A stretch of DNA of 64,000 bases from Spirochaetota bacterium (GTDB lineage: Bacteria; Spirochaetota; UBA4802; UBA5550): NCBI GenBank assembly GCA_050298055.1, contig JBNKTL010000007.1, positions 46,394 through 110,393 of the forward strand. The letters run 5' to 3'. The first letter of the stretch is position 1, and each line of letters begins with the position of its first letter. The position numbers and the translations under genes were made by a program. Below the pieces are notes generated by a model. It was not told the origin of the DNA. It saw nothing but the letters and a program-made list of their open reading frames with translations, and searched no databases. This document shows, piece by piece, positions 29,797-39,423 of this stretch.

Positions 29797-31410
29797 ATGA
29801 ATTATAAGTATGAACTCATTCTTTCCCTGATTTTATCTGGATTTATCACATTATCGCTTTTCTTTTATGCAACCCAAAGGATCCGTGCTGCAGGTTCAAT
29901 GGCTTATATGTTATTAATGCTTTCCGGAACCATATACTCTTTCGGTTATGCTTTTGAATTGTACAATACCACTATCGAAGGAATTTATACCGCCTTAAAG
30001 ATAGAGTACCTGGGTATTACACCCCTTTCGGTTTTCTGGTTTATTCTCGCCCTTCACTACCGGGGATATAATGACAGGCTGAAACCATATATGTATGTTC
30101 TCCTTTTTATTATACCGGTTGCAACGATAATAATGCTCTATACCAATCACTACCATCATCTTCACTATCTTTCATTAACCCTTGATCTGTCAGGACCTTT
30201 TCCCCTTGCGGATATAAAAAAAGGGGCCTGGTATTATATAGATTACGCCTATAAGAATATTATGATACTGGGAGGAAATCTTCTTTTTTTCCGAATGATG
30301 ATAAAAATGACCGGAACCCTGCGTCTGCAGGCGACAACAATGTTTTTTGCATCCCTCATCCCCTGGGGAGGAAATATTATGTATATGGCAGGAATCACTC
30401 CCAAAGGTATAGATATTAATCCATTTTTTCTTGCCTTTACGGGACCTCTTTTTGCCCTGGCACTTTTTCGTTTTAAGATGTTCCACATTATACCTATAGC
30501 CAGGGACAGAGTATTTGAGGATATGAAAGACCCTGTGATCGTAATCGATATGACCGGAAAAGTAGCTGATTATAACAATGCAGCCGAACTCCTTTTCCCG
30601 CGGCTTTCCGGATCAAAGGGAGAAATACTTAAAACAGTCCTCTATGATCATACTGAAATAATAGCACTCTCCGGATCATTAATGAATAAAATCATCGATA
30701 TCGAAATAACCGTAAAAAATGAGACGTTTTACTACAATTTAACAGCTGTTCCCTTACGATCCCGCAGGGGAAAAACCATCGGAAAGATCATTGCGTTAAA
30801 CGATATAACCACACAGAAGAAGCTGCTGAAATCTCTTGAGGAACTGGCAGCTATTGACGAATTAACAGGTCTGTACAACCGGCGGCATTTCATGATGACG
30901 AGCAAAAAAGAGATAACAAGAGCAAAAAGGTATCGTCGTCCTCTGTCAATCCATATTATTGATCTCGATTTTTTTAAAAATATAAACGATACATACGGGC
31001 ATCAGGCAGGTGATAAGATTTTAGTCGAAACAGCGGTTGTCTTTAAAGATAATGTAAGGATCAGCGATACCCCCGGAAGATACGGAGGAGAGGAATTTGT
31101 GGTTCTCCTACCTGAAACCGACGCTCCGGGAGCAGAGACAATAGCATTGCGGATTAAGGATGAGATTGAAGCACTGCATGTTAACTATAAAAATAATATT
31201 CTCCGGATCACTGCCAGTATAGGGATTTCATCTCTTGATTTCTCAAAAAATGACCTCAGTGAAGATCTTGACCAAGTTCTGAACAGGATGCTTGCAGAGG
31301 CGGACAAAGCCCTCTACCGGGCAAAACAGGGAGGGAGAAACCGTGTAGAATTGTTCTCACTGCCGAAAAATCCGGCAATCAATGATCTGGAACCATCCGG
31401 TAAAAATTAA
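29797..31410 (+). CDS. Diguanylate cyclase, HisKA_7TM-PAS-GGDEF
   Basis: 7 TM N-terminus, PIARD, DELTGLYNRR, DLDFFK.IND.YGH..GD, RISD I-site, GRYGGEEF. Confidence 0.94.
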   Translation: MNYKYELILSLILSGFITLSLFFYATQRIRAAGSMAYMLLMLSGTIYSFGYAFELYNTTIEGIYTALKIEYLGITPLSVFWFILALHYRGYNDRLKPYMYVLLFIIPVATIIMLYTNHYHHLHYLSLTLDLSGPFPLADIKKGAWYYIDYAYKNIMILGGNLLFFRMMIKMTGTLRLQATTMFFASLIPWGGNIMYMAGITPKGIDINPFFLAFTGPLFALALFRFKMFHIIPIARDRVFEDMKDPVIVIDMTGKVADYNNAAELLFPRLSGSKGEILKTVLYDHTEIIALSGSLMNKIIDIEITVKNETFYYNLTAVPLRSRRGKTIGKIIALNDITTQKKLLKSLEELAAIDELTGLYNRRHFMMTSKKEITRAKRYRRPLSIHIIDLDFFKNINDTYGHQAGDKILVETAVVFKDNVRISDTPGRYGGEEFVVLLPETDAPGAETIALRIKDEIEALHVNYKNNILRITASIGISSLDFSKNDLSEDLDQVLNRMLAEADKALYRAKQGGRNRVELFSLPKNPAINDLEPSGKN

Positions 31411-31433
31411 GCATAATTGATGTCATGGCAGGT
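31406..31433 (-). other. Degenerate second dif-like site
   Basis: ACCTGCCATGA-CATCAA-TTATGCTTAAT, same orientation as the 29656 site. Confidence 0.35.
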
Positions 31434-31455
31434 CAGCAGATAACCGGCAGCCACT

Positions 31456-31770
31456 TTATCCATGCTTGAATTTTGAAAGATATTCCCTGATAAAATATGT
31501 CATCCTGGCAAGCACCAGCCCGCTTATCAGAGTATCAAGGAGATATGGAAGCTTGATCCCCGTACCTCTGAAAATTGTAAGCAGCTTCACCTTGTAGCAG
31601 AGAACAAAAGCGAGTATAAGTATAAGTGCATCCCTGGCGGCTTCAACAGGTGTTCTGTCGCTCAGTTTTTTCATGACAGACATTGAAAAAACCGCCATGA
31701 CCGATGCTTCGAGGATTATCGCAATAATAAAAAGATAAAACACGTTCTGCAGCATCATTTCGCCGTTCAT
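31456..31770 (-). CDS. Small hypothetical membrane protein
   Basis: 104 aa, three hydrophobic segments, GGAG RBS. Confidence 0.7.
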   Translation of the reverse strand: MNGEMMLQNVFYLFIIAIILEASVMAVFSMSVMKKLSDRTPVEAARDALILILAFVLCYKVKLLTIFRGTGIKLPYLLDTLISGLVLARMTYFIREYLSKFKHG

Positions 31771-31843
31771 GTGCGCTCTCCTGTTTTGATATACTAAAAT
31801 TTAAACATCTTTTTTAGAACATGTCAACCAGAAAACTTTCAGA

Positions 31844-32242
31844 TTACCAGAAATCTCTATGCTCCAGGTATTTTTCATAATCAAGCAAATCATCAAGCTG
31901 GTATTTGTCTTTAAGCTCAATTTCAAATAACCAGCCCTCTCCATAAGGGTCGCTGTTGATTAATCCGGGTGTCATAAACAGATCATGGTTTATCCTGACA
32001 ATTCTGCCCGATACAGGTGACCGCATATAATAGATATCGAGATGTGATTCAAGAATTGCTATTTTTTCCTCCCGGTCAACTTCCCTGTTGACCTGCGGCA
32101 GATCAACAAAAAGGACCTGGGAAAAGCTTTCAAGCATCTCTGATGTTATCCCGCAGAGAGAGTTGAAATCATCAACCATCCTGAGCCAGACATGTTCCCG
32201 GGTAAAGAATCTGTTTTCCTTTTCATCCGGCAAATCCGGCAC
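31844..32242 (-). CDS. Glycine cleavage H-like protein lacking the lipoyl lysine
   Basis: FTREHVW, GIT, SPVSG, INSDPYGEGW; ESHL replaces ESVK. Confidence 0.85.
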   Translation of the reverse strand: MPDLPDEKENRFFTREHVWLRMVDDFNSLCGITSEMLESFSQVLFVDLPQVNREVDREEKIAILESHLDIYYMRSPVSGRIVRINHDLFMTPGLINSDPYGEGWLFEIELKDKYQLDDLLDYEKYLEHRDFW

Positions 32243-32244
32243 TT

Positions 32245-32688
32245 TTATCTCTTTTCCACTGCTTTAATATGGTTAACCAGCGCCTTGAGCCCCAGGAGAT
32301 AAGAATATGAGGAGAATCCTGATATCTGGCCGATTGATACAGGCGCGATATAGGATATCTTCCTGAAATCTTCCCTGGCATGAATATTTGAGAGGTGGAC
32401 TTCCACAACAGGAAGTGAAACTGCGGATATTGCGTCCCTGATGGATATTGACGAGTGTGTCAGTGCTGCCGGATTTATGATCATTCCCCGGGCGTCACGG
32501 TTTTTGTGGATAAAGTCAACGATTTCACCCTCACTGTTTGACTGGAAAAATACCAGGTTCACTTCCAGGGTTTTCGCTTCATCTGACAGGGACCTGTTTA
32601 TCTCTTCCAGGGTAACGGTACCATATACTTCAGTTTCCCGTGTACCCAGGAGGTTTATATTAGGACCGTTTACAACAAGAATTTTCAT
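32245..32688 (-). CDS. aroQ: Type II 3-dehydroquinate dehydratase
   Basis: NGPNINLLGTRE..YG, QSNSEG, NPAALTH, VEVHLSN..RE.FR. Confidence 0.97.
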   Translation of the reverse strand: MKILVVNGPNINLLGTRETEVYGTVTLEEINRSLSDEAKTLEVNLVFFQSNSEGEIVDFIHKNRDARGMIINPAALTHSSISIRDAISAVSLPVVEVHLSNIHAREDFRKISYIAPVSIGQISGFSSYSYLLGLKALVNHIKAVEKR

Positions 32689-32694
32689 GAATAC

Positions 32695-35550
32695 CTACTC
32701 ATCCATTTTTTGAACGGATGCATCTCTTTTATATCCAAACCTCGCATAAAGATTAACTGCACGGTTATATGCAATTCTGTTCTCTTTGTTGAGAAGCACT
32801 TCATCCAGGAATTTTTTTGATTCATCCGGCCTGTTCTCTTCGTTTGAGATAATTGCCATGTTGATCAGAGTATCATAATATTGATCGGTTTTCTCCTTAC
32901 TATTTTCAAGAAGCTTTTTAAAGAATTTTTTGGCGGAATCTCTGTTCCTGTTCACGAACAGGCTTATTCTGCCAAGAGAATAGAGAGATTCATACCTGTA
33001 AATATTATCTGAAAGCGAAAGCTTATAATAGAAATAGAATGACTTCCTGAAATTTTTTCTTCTGTAGTAGATCTTTGCGGAGAGGTAATTAATTTTGATA
33101 TTATTTCCCCTGTATCTCTTAAGGTAAGCTGAAAAGAGGTTAAACTGCTTGATATCACCCTTTTCGAAGAAATACTCTACAAGAGCTGTCATTGCACTTT
33201 CACCATATTCGCTCCGGAGAAGGTGCATCCTCTCTCTCAATGCAAGTGAGAGGGCATCCTTCACCTGGTTGTTTTGCATATAGGATATGATAAGCAGGGA
33301 ATTTTTCTGGTCGCGGTGTTCTCTCTTTTTTACATCAGAGAGCCTCTTTATTGCATCAGTATATCTCTTATTAATGATATAGAGCCTGGAGAGCTTTAAC
33401 TTTGCAGGTTCTTCCCAGCTTGTTCCCGGACACTCAATAATAATCCTGGAAAAGAACCCCGAGGACCTGTCGTATTCTTTTCTTTCCAGGTAATAGTTTC
33501 CAAAATGATAGAGGGCCTGTGAGTATAACTCCTTGTTGCTGCTGAGAACATGCGTGGCATGGGAAGCAATTTCAGGATCACCCGATTCAAGGGCACTGAT
33601 AATAAATATAAGAAGGTCTTCCTTGTTATAGATGCTGAAATCACTGGTATACATGTCTTCATATACCTGCTTGTATTTTTTCAACCTGAAAAGACTCCTG
33701 TTGAGAATAAGCGGTATCTCTTCCCACTGGTTTTCATCAAGGGGCGGCCTTTTCCCTTTTCTTATAGCAGCAACAACATTCTCATATTGTTCAAGTCTGT
33801 AATATGAGAGGAGGATATTAAAATACGCGATTCCCTTATCCCTTGAAAGATGACCTTTGAGATATCTTGTATAATATGAAATGGCTTCAGGGTACTCTTT
33901 TTTACCATATGCCCTGTTTCCGAGAAGCAGGGCTATTTTGAATCTCTCATCAGAATTTGGAAATGTTTTTGTAATGATCCTGAAATACCTGTCGGCATTC
34001 TTCCCCTGCTCGTAAAGGTAATACGCAAAGCTGAATATTGTTTTTTCTACACCCGGTTTTTTAATGTCCTGCCTGATAAGTCTTTCAGTATACCAGCGCG
34101 CGTTTTTCATGTCTTTAAGGTTTAAATAACAATCCACAAGGAGGAGTTTTGCCCTGAAAGCGTTTTCACTATCTCTCCTTGCCAGGTATTTCTTCAGAAG
34201 CTCAACGGCTTTTTTATACCGGTCCTTTTTATAGTTGACCAGCGCCAGGTAATAGTTGGATTCTCCGATATATTTTGAAAAAGGGTTTTCGCGCTGAAAG
34301 GTTTCAAACTGTTCAACGGCTTTACCCGTTTCACCCTTTTCCAGATAAATCCTTGCTTTGAGAAAATCAACTTCCTCTCTGTTTTTATCAAAGGGGTATC
34401 TCCTGATAAATTCATCAAATATCTTTTCTGACTCACCAAACTTACCGGCATCCATATACGCCTTTCCCAGAAGAAGGAGTATGTTTTTATGTTCTTCGGG
34501 CACATTGATTGCCGCGGCGTCTTCAAGATAGGGTATTGCTTTTTCCGGGCTTTCTTTGAGATAGATATTGCTCAGATAGATGGAGGCCTTGACCCTGAGA
34601 TGTCCATTCTTCGATTTTTTCCTGACCTCTTCAAGCAGCTTGATGCTGCTCTCCTCTTTCCCCTTTTCAATATATATTTTACTCAGTTCAAGATAGGCAT
34701 TATAAAAAAGATCAGATTTTTTCCCGATTATAATAAAGAGCTCAAGAAGCGGGATTGCAGAGTTTATCTTTTTCATTTCAAGATACGAAAGAGCTTTGTA
34801 AAACTGGGCTTCACTGTATGGATATTCTTTAATGAGGTCATCGGGTATCCCGTTAAAGATCAGGAGTGCTTTCCGGAAATTTTTCAGGGCCTGATAATTT
34901 CTCCCTATTATCATCCGGGCCCTTGCAATAATTTTTTTATCCGATTTTGATGTGAGAAGCGGATTCAACTTATTAAGTGAATCCCTGTATTTCATATTAA
35001 GAAAATATGCTATTCCAATATTAAGAAGCCTTTCGGCATTGAGGTCTTTCTCCCTGCTTATTTTTATTGCCCTCTCCCACTCAATGATTGCTTCGTCATA
35101 TCTCTTCTGGCTGTTATAAATAGTCCCTATCCTGTCATGAGCCGCGGAGATGAGCCTGTCATTTTTACTGTTCGCGATATATCTCTTATATTCCTCTATT
35201 GCACTGTTATAGTTTTTGAGAAAAAATTGTGATTCACCGATCCAGTACCTCGATTCAATGCAGAGCCCGGAGGTTCTGCATTTTGTCAGGTAGCTGTTAA
35301 ATTCAAATATTGCTGATTTAAACTTCTTCTGGTAGAAAATCGACCTTGCGAGAAGGAAATGTGCTTCATCCTTGTATTCTTCATCATCAGAATCGAGAAT
35401 CTTCCTGAACAAAAGATCCGATGAACCGTAGTTCCCGGAGTTGAATGCCTCCTTACCCTGTTCATACAATACCTTGTTGTCATTTGCAGACCAGGCTGAA
35501 CTACAGGGGAAAAGAAAAATAATAAATATAACAGGTAATAGCTTTTTCAT
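32695..35550 (-). CDS. Large secreted tetratricopeptide-repeat protein
   Basis: Signal peptide; many TPR-like A.Y..G/A..Y repeats over 951 aa. Confidence 0.85.
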   Translation of the reverse strand: MKKLLPVIFIIFLFPCSSAWSANDNKVLYEQGKEAFNSGNYGSSDLLFRKILDSDDEEYKDEAHFLLARSIFYQKKFKSAIFEFNSYLTKCRTSGLCIESRYWIGESQFFLKNYNSAIEEYKRYIANSKNDRLISAAHDRIGTIYNSQKRYDEAIIEWERAIKISREKDLNAERLLNIGIAYFLNMKYRDSLNKLNPLLTSKSDKKIIARARMIIGRNYQALKNFRKALLIFNGIPDDLIKEYPYSEAQFYKALSYLEMKKINSAIPLLELFIIIGKKSDLFYNAYLELSKIYIEKGKEESSIKLLEEVRKKSKNGHLRVKASIYLSNIYLKESPEKAIPYLEDAAAINVPEEHKNILLLLGKAYMDAGKFGESEKIFDEFIRRYPFDKNREEVDFLKARIYLEKGETGKAVEQFETFQRENPFSKYIGESNYYLALVNYKKDRYKKAVELLKKYLARRDSENAFRAKLLLVDCYLNLKDMKNARWYTERLIRQDIKKPGVEKTIFSFAYYLYEQGKNADRYFRIITKTFPNSDERFKIALLLGNRAYGKKEYPEAISYYTRYLKGHLSRDKGIAYFNILLSYYRLEQYENVVAAIRKGKRPPLDENQWEEIPLILNRSLFRLKKYKQVYEDMYTSDFSIYNKEDLLIFIISALESGDPEIASHATHVLSSNKELYSQALYHFGNYYLERKEYDRSSGFFSRIIIECPGTSWEEPAKLKLSRLYIINKRYTDAIKRLSDVKKREHRDQKNSLLIISYMQNNQVKDALSLALRERMHLLRSEYGESAMTALVEYFFEKGDIKQFNLFSAYLKRYRGNNIKINYLSAKIYYRRKNFRKSFYFYYKLSLSDNIYRYESLYSLGRISLFVNRNRDSAKKFFKKLLENSKEKTDQYYDTLINMAIISNEENRPDESKKFLDEVLLNKENRIAYNRAVNLYARFGYKRDASVQKMDE

Positions 35551-35629
35551 ATGAACATTAGTAAGAATGTGTAATCAGCAACAATAATATATTCCTGATT
35601 TTTTTTAAAGGATAAAATCTCAATTATGT

Positions 35630-36859
35630 CTATTTTTTCTTGAGAAGATATCTTCTCATGTAATCGATGACATAGAGTGACGAATTGCTCCTGATCCTCT
35701 CCCTGTTGCCGGAAAACTGCCGGGTGACCGTAACAAGCCCCTCATCAAGGGCAAAACCAAAGCAGACTGTCCCTACGGGTTTCTCCCGGGAACCACCTTC
35801 CGGCCCGGCAATGCCTGTGACAGAAACAGCATAGCTGCTTTTACACGCTTCCTTTATACCCCCGGCCATCTCCCCGGCAACTTCCTCACTTACGGCACCT
35901 TTTTTGTTGAGGGTTTCGTGGGAAACTTTCAGGAGATCATGCTTCATGCTGTTACTGTATGCTACAATACCGCCTTTGAAAACAGCAGAAGAGCCGGGGA
36001 TATCGGTCAGTCTCCGGGAGATCATTCCCCCGGTACACGATTCAGCCACTGCAAGGGTGGAATTTCCCTTTTTCAGAAGGTCAACCAGTTCTTCTTCAGG
36101 TTTTTCATACGGGAAACCTATAAGATCCTTAGAAAAAAGATCCCGTACCTTTTCTTTTACCGAAATAAGTTTAAACCGCCTGCTCCTGTCTATGAGAGAT
36201 ACGGTAACAACCCCGTTCCGGGAAGTCAGGCCCCACTCCATATCACCTTTGGTTAACCCCAGCCTGTCCAGCCGGGCGTTGACTTCGGTTTCTTTGATCC
36301 CGGTTGTCCTGAAAACCAGGTGGTCCCCCTGTTGAAGGAGCCCTTTTTCAGACAGGTAGGGGATTACCACTTTATCAAGCATATCTGTCATCTCGGCCGG
36401 CACCCCGGGCAGAGCTATGATGCTGCAGTCTTCATGTGTCATGAGAAAACCGGGTGCCAGGCCGGTACTGTTTCCGAATACCACTGAGCCCTCCGGTACC
36501 GCCGCCATCTTCAGATCGCCCTTCTCCACTTTCATACCGTATTTCGCGAATCTCTCTCGTAACTTCTCTTCCGAGTCTTTATGTTGTATGATATTAAAAC
36601 CGGTTATTTCCCGTAATGCATCTATTGTATTATCATCACCGGTAGGGCCGAGACCTCCTGTTATAAACACAAAGTCAGATGATGAGATTGATTCCTCCAG
36701 GGAATTCACAAGGTCAGCAAGGTTGTCGCCTGTAACAATGACCCTTATGATCCTGAAGTTCGTTGCAAAAAATCTGAAGCTTATATAACCGCTGTTGGTA
36801 TCACGGGTGGTCCCGTTAACAAGTTCATTCCCCGTGGAGATTACCGTTACCTGTTTCAT
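35630..36859 (-). CDS. cinA: CinA family protein (MoCF-like domain plus NMN deamidase)
   Basis: GNELVNG..DTN, TGGLGPT.DD, LPGVP.EM, AESCTGG, SVTGIAGP. Confidence 0.93.
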   Translation of the reverse strand: MKQVTVISTGNELVNGTTRDTNSGYISFRFFATNFRIIRVIVTGDNLADLVNSLEESISSSDFVFITGGLGPTGDDNTIDALREITGFNIIQHKDSEEKLRERFAKYGMKVEKGDLKMAAVPEGSVVFGNSTGLAPGFLMTHEDCSIIALPGVPAEMTDMLDKVVIPYLSEKGLLQQGDHLVFRTTGIKETEVNARLDRLGLTKGDMEWGLTSRNGVVTVSLIDRSRRFKLISVKEKVRDLFSKDLIGFPYEKPEEELVDLLKKGNSTLAVAESCTGGMISRRLTDIPGSSAVFKGGIVAYSNSMKHDLLKVSHETLNKKGAVSEEVAGEMAGGIKEACKSSYAVSVTGIAGPEGGSREKPVGTVCFGFALDEGLVTVTRQFSGNRERIRSNSSLYVIDYMRRYLLKKK

Positions 36860-36883
36860 TATCTCCCTCCGGTCATATTGAGC

Positions 36884-38554
36884 TTACATCTGTTCCGGTG
36901 CTGAAACACCCAGGAGGTTAAGGCCATTACGGAGGACTGTCCTGACACAGTCAGAGAGAAACATAAAGGTGTTGGACTTCTCATGGTTATCGGAAAGGAC
37001 CCTGTGCTCGGTATAGAACTTATGGTATAGCTGTGCCAGCCTCATCAGGTAATTCGAGAGCCTGTGGGGTTCCATTGACTCCGCTGAACTGCTCACTTCT
37101 TCCGGGAATTTGACCATCATCTTCATCAGTTTTACAGATTCGGTATTGTTGAGGTACTCCCTGTTAAACGAACCGGAGTCGTAGCTGTACCCCTTTTTCA
37201 CAGACTCCCTGAAGATTGAGCAGATCCTTGCATGGGCATACTGCAGGTAGAACACGGGATTCTCAGAGCTCTCCTTTTTGGCAAGGACCAGGTCAAAATC
37301 GAGGTGGCTTTCAAGAGACCTCATGATAAAAAAGTACCGCGCAACATCTGCTCCTATCTCATCCAGCAGGTCCTTCATGGTGGAGAAGTTCCCCAGCCTC
37401 TTTGACATCTTAACCGTTTCGCCCTCCTGGACGAGGTTGACCTGCTGCGCGATGAGGATTTTAAAGCGGTTTTTATCGTAACCCATGAGGTCCATGGCAC
37501 CTGAAAGCCGTGCTACATAGCCGTGGTGGTCCGGTCCCCATATATTAATAATCCGGTCATACTCCCGTGATGCTTTCTCCCTGTGATAAGCAATATCCGC
37601 AAGTAAGTATGTAGGCCTCCCGTCATCTCTTACGACCACCCTGTCCTTGTCATCTCCAAATTCCGTTGACTGGAAGATCTTTTTTCCTTCTCTGAGATAA
37701 ACGGCTTTTTTTTCTTCGAGAAATGCAAGTGCCTCTTCGACTTTTCCTCCTTCATGGAGTGAACGCTCACTAAACCAGGTCGTGAAGTTCACATTAAAAT
37801 CTTCAAGAGCCTGTTTCTGACCCATTACATTATACTCAACGGCCTTCCGGGCAATATAGTCCAGAAGTTCATCCTCTGATTCGATGATGCTGTATTCATC
37901 TTTAAAATTATCAACGAGGTATGAGGCGATATCCTTTATATATTCCCCGTGATAACCATCCTCCGGAAAGTCCGGGTTTTCACCCTCCAGTTCCTTCATC
38001 CGGGCAAGAACGGACCTGCCAAGAAGCATAACCTGGTTGCCGTAATCATTAATATAATATTCCCGGTCAACCCTGTCTCCTCCCGCTTCAAGGAGGTTGG
38101 CGATGGTATCGCCGATAGCCGCAGCCCGTGCGGACACGATATTCAGTGGGCCGGTGGGATTAGCGGAAACGAATTCGATGTTTATCCGTTCCGGTTTCTC
38201 TTTGACTGTTTTTCCGTAGTCTTTATCTTTTTTCAGAATATCCGGAAGCGAACCTGCTAAAGCATTGAAGGAGAAGGCAAAGTTAATAAAGCCCGGTTTT
38301 ACTACTTCAACGTTTTCGATTTCCGAGTATTGTATGGCATATTCCTTTATAATTTCGCCGGTTTCCATAGGTGATTTTCGGAGTATTTTTGCCGATTCCA
38401 GTGCGATGGAGCTGGAAGTGTCCCCAAACTTCTCATCCTTGGGATATTCAACTTTACAGGGGGGAAGCCCGTTCCCTGCGGGCAGCTTCCCCTCGGCCCG
38501 GGCTTTTTCTATGGATTCTGTAATGATGGTATATGTTAACTCTTTAAGATTCAA
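36884..38554 (-). CDS. argS: Arginine--tRNA ligase
   Basis: PGFIN, EFVSANPTGPL, YYINDYGNQ, MSKR, NPVFYLQYAHAR, APEQM; probable TTG start at 38554 after GAGG. Confidence 0.96.
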   Translation of the reverse strand: MNLKELTYTIITESIEKARAEGKLPAGNGLPPCKVEYPKDEKFGDTSSSIALESAKILRKSPMETGEIIKEYAIQYSEIENVEVVKPGFINFAFSFNALAGSLPDILKKDKDYGKTVKEKPERINIEFVSANPTGPLNIVSARAAAIGDTIANLLEAGGDRVDREYYINDYGNQVMLLGRSVLARMKELEGENPDFPEDGYHGEYIKDIASYLVDNFKDEYSIIESEDELLDYIARKAVEYNVMGQKQALEDFNVNFTTWFSERSLHEGGKVEEALAFLEEKKAVYLREGKKIFQSTEFGDDKDRVVVRDDGRPTYLLADIAYHREKASREYDRIINIWGPDHHGYVARLSGAMDLMGYDKNRFKILIAQQVNLVQEGETVKMSKRLGNFSTMKDLLDEIGADVARYFFIMRSLESHLDFDLVLAKKESSENPVFYLQYAHARICSIFRESVKKGYSYDSGSFNREYLNNTESVKLMKMMVKFPEEVSSSAESMEPHRLSNYLMRLAQLYHKFYTEHRVLSDNHEKSNTFMFLSDCVRTVLRNGLNLLGVSAPEQM

Positions 38555-38853
38555 TTTTAAGATCCTCGCAGGGCTGATATGGATAATTACGCTGTTTATT
38601 CTGTAAATACGATATAGGGTAAAATATATTATCACTAAGTTTCAAAGCTTTTTTTTGTCAACAAAATATAGAGGTATTCTAAGCGGGGGTCATTGACGGC
38701 AAATCCCATGTTTCTGATATACTGAAACATAAGCGTGAATTATCACTTTCCATGACCTGCGTTGAACGAGAAGCTGTCTTGATTCATGGAATATCATGTC
38801 GATGAAATTTCTGAAAATTCTAATATTGTTCTTTGAGAACCGTCATTTGATAT

Positions 38854-39179
38854 TCATTTAACAAATATTTCAATTTCACTGATACATGTTTCATTATATT
38901 TTGATCCCTTGAATACGTCTAAAATTTTTATGTTTAATTCGTTTGCAAGAACAGGTTCTTTGAAAACTATATACTGTATTTTATAGGCATATGTCTTAAC
39001 AAATTTTTTTGCCTTTTCCCGTGTATCAATTCCATTTAAATGTATTTATTTTGCATAGGTTTAACAGATCCGCTTTGATATGCTATGACCGGAGTTCCAT
39101 CACTAAATATATCACTTTTATTTATAAATAATAATAAAAGAGATACCAGGATCAGAATATTTTTATTACTCACTTTCAT
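38854..39179 (-). pseudogene. Internally deleted, frameshifted gene for a secreted protein with a C-terminal discoidin-like glycan-binding module
   Basis: Frame 1: MKVSNKNILILVSLLLLFINKSDIFSDGTPVIAYQSGSVKPMQNKYI*; frame 2: ..QYIVFKEPVLANELNIKILDVFKGSKYNETCISEIEIFVK*. Confidence 0.7.
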
Positions 39180-39423
39180 TTTATACTTTTTAAAAAAGCA
39201 TTCCATTAATTATGGCAATTATGCTATGTATGAAATTTGTTCTACATTGAGCATGTTGTTGAAAATTTTGTCAACGACAAACAAGGAACCATAATAATTG
39301 TTACGTTTGTGATCTTCGGGCTCATCCTGCAAAATTTCATACAAATAAAAATAATAGCTTGAAATAATAGACTCGGCCTATTAAAGTAATCACTAATAAT
39401 TTTTAATCCCTCGAGAGGAAGAT

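Noticed and set aside
35605..35634. TTAAAGGATAA-N8-TTATGTCTATT between the TPR gene and cinA
   Set aside because: 8-bp spacer, poor left arm, AT-rich and inside a housekeeping operon
38695..38810. Possible riboswitch, T-box or 6S RNA near the argS upstream region (TTCCATGA..TCATGGAA stem)
   Set aside because: Only an 8-bp stem; no diagnostic motif of a known RNA family recognised
39085..39294. 69-aa plus-strand ORF
   Set aside because: Antisense to the pseudogene N-terminus, AT-rich, no RBS or motif
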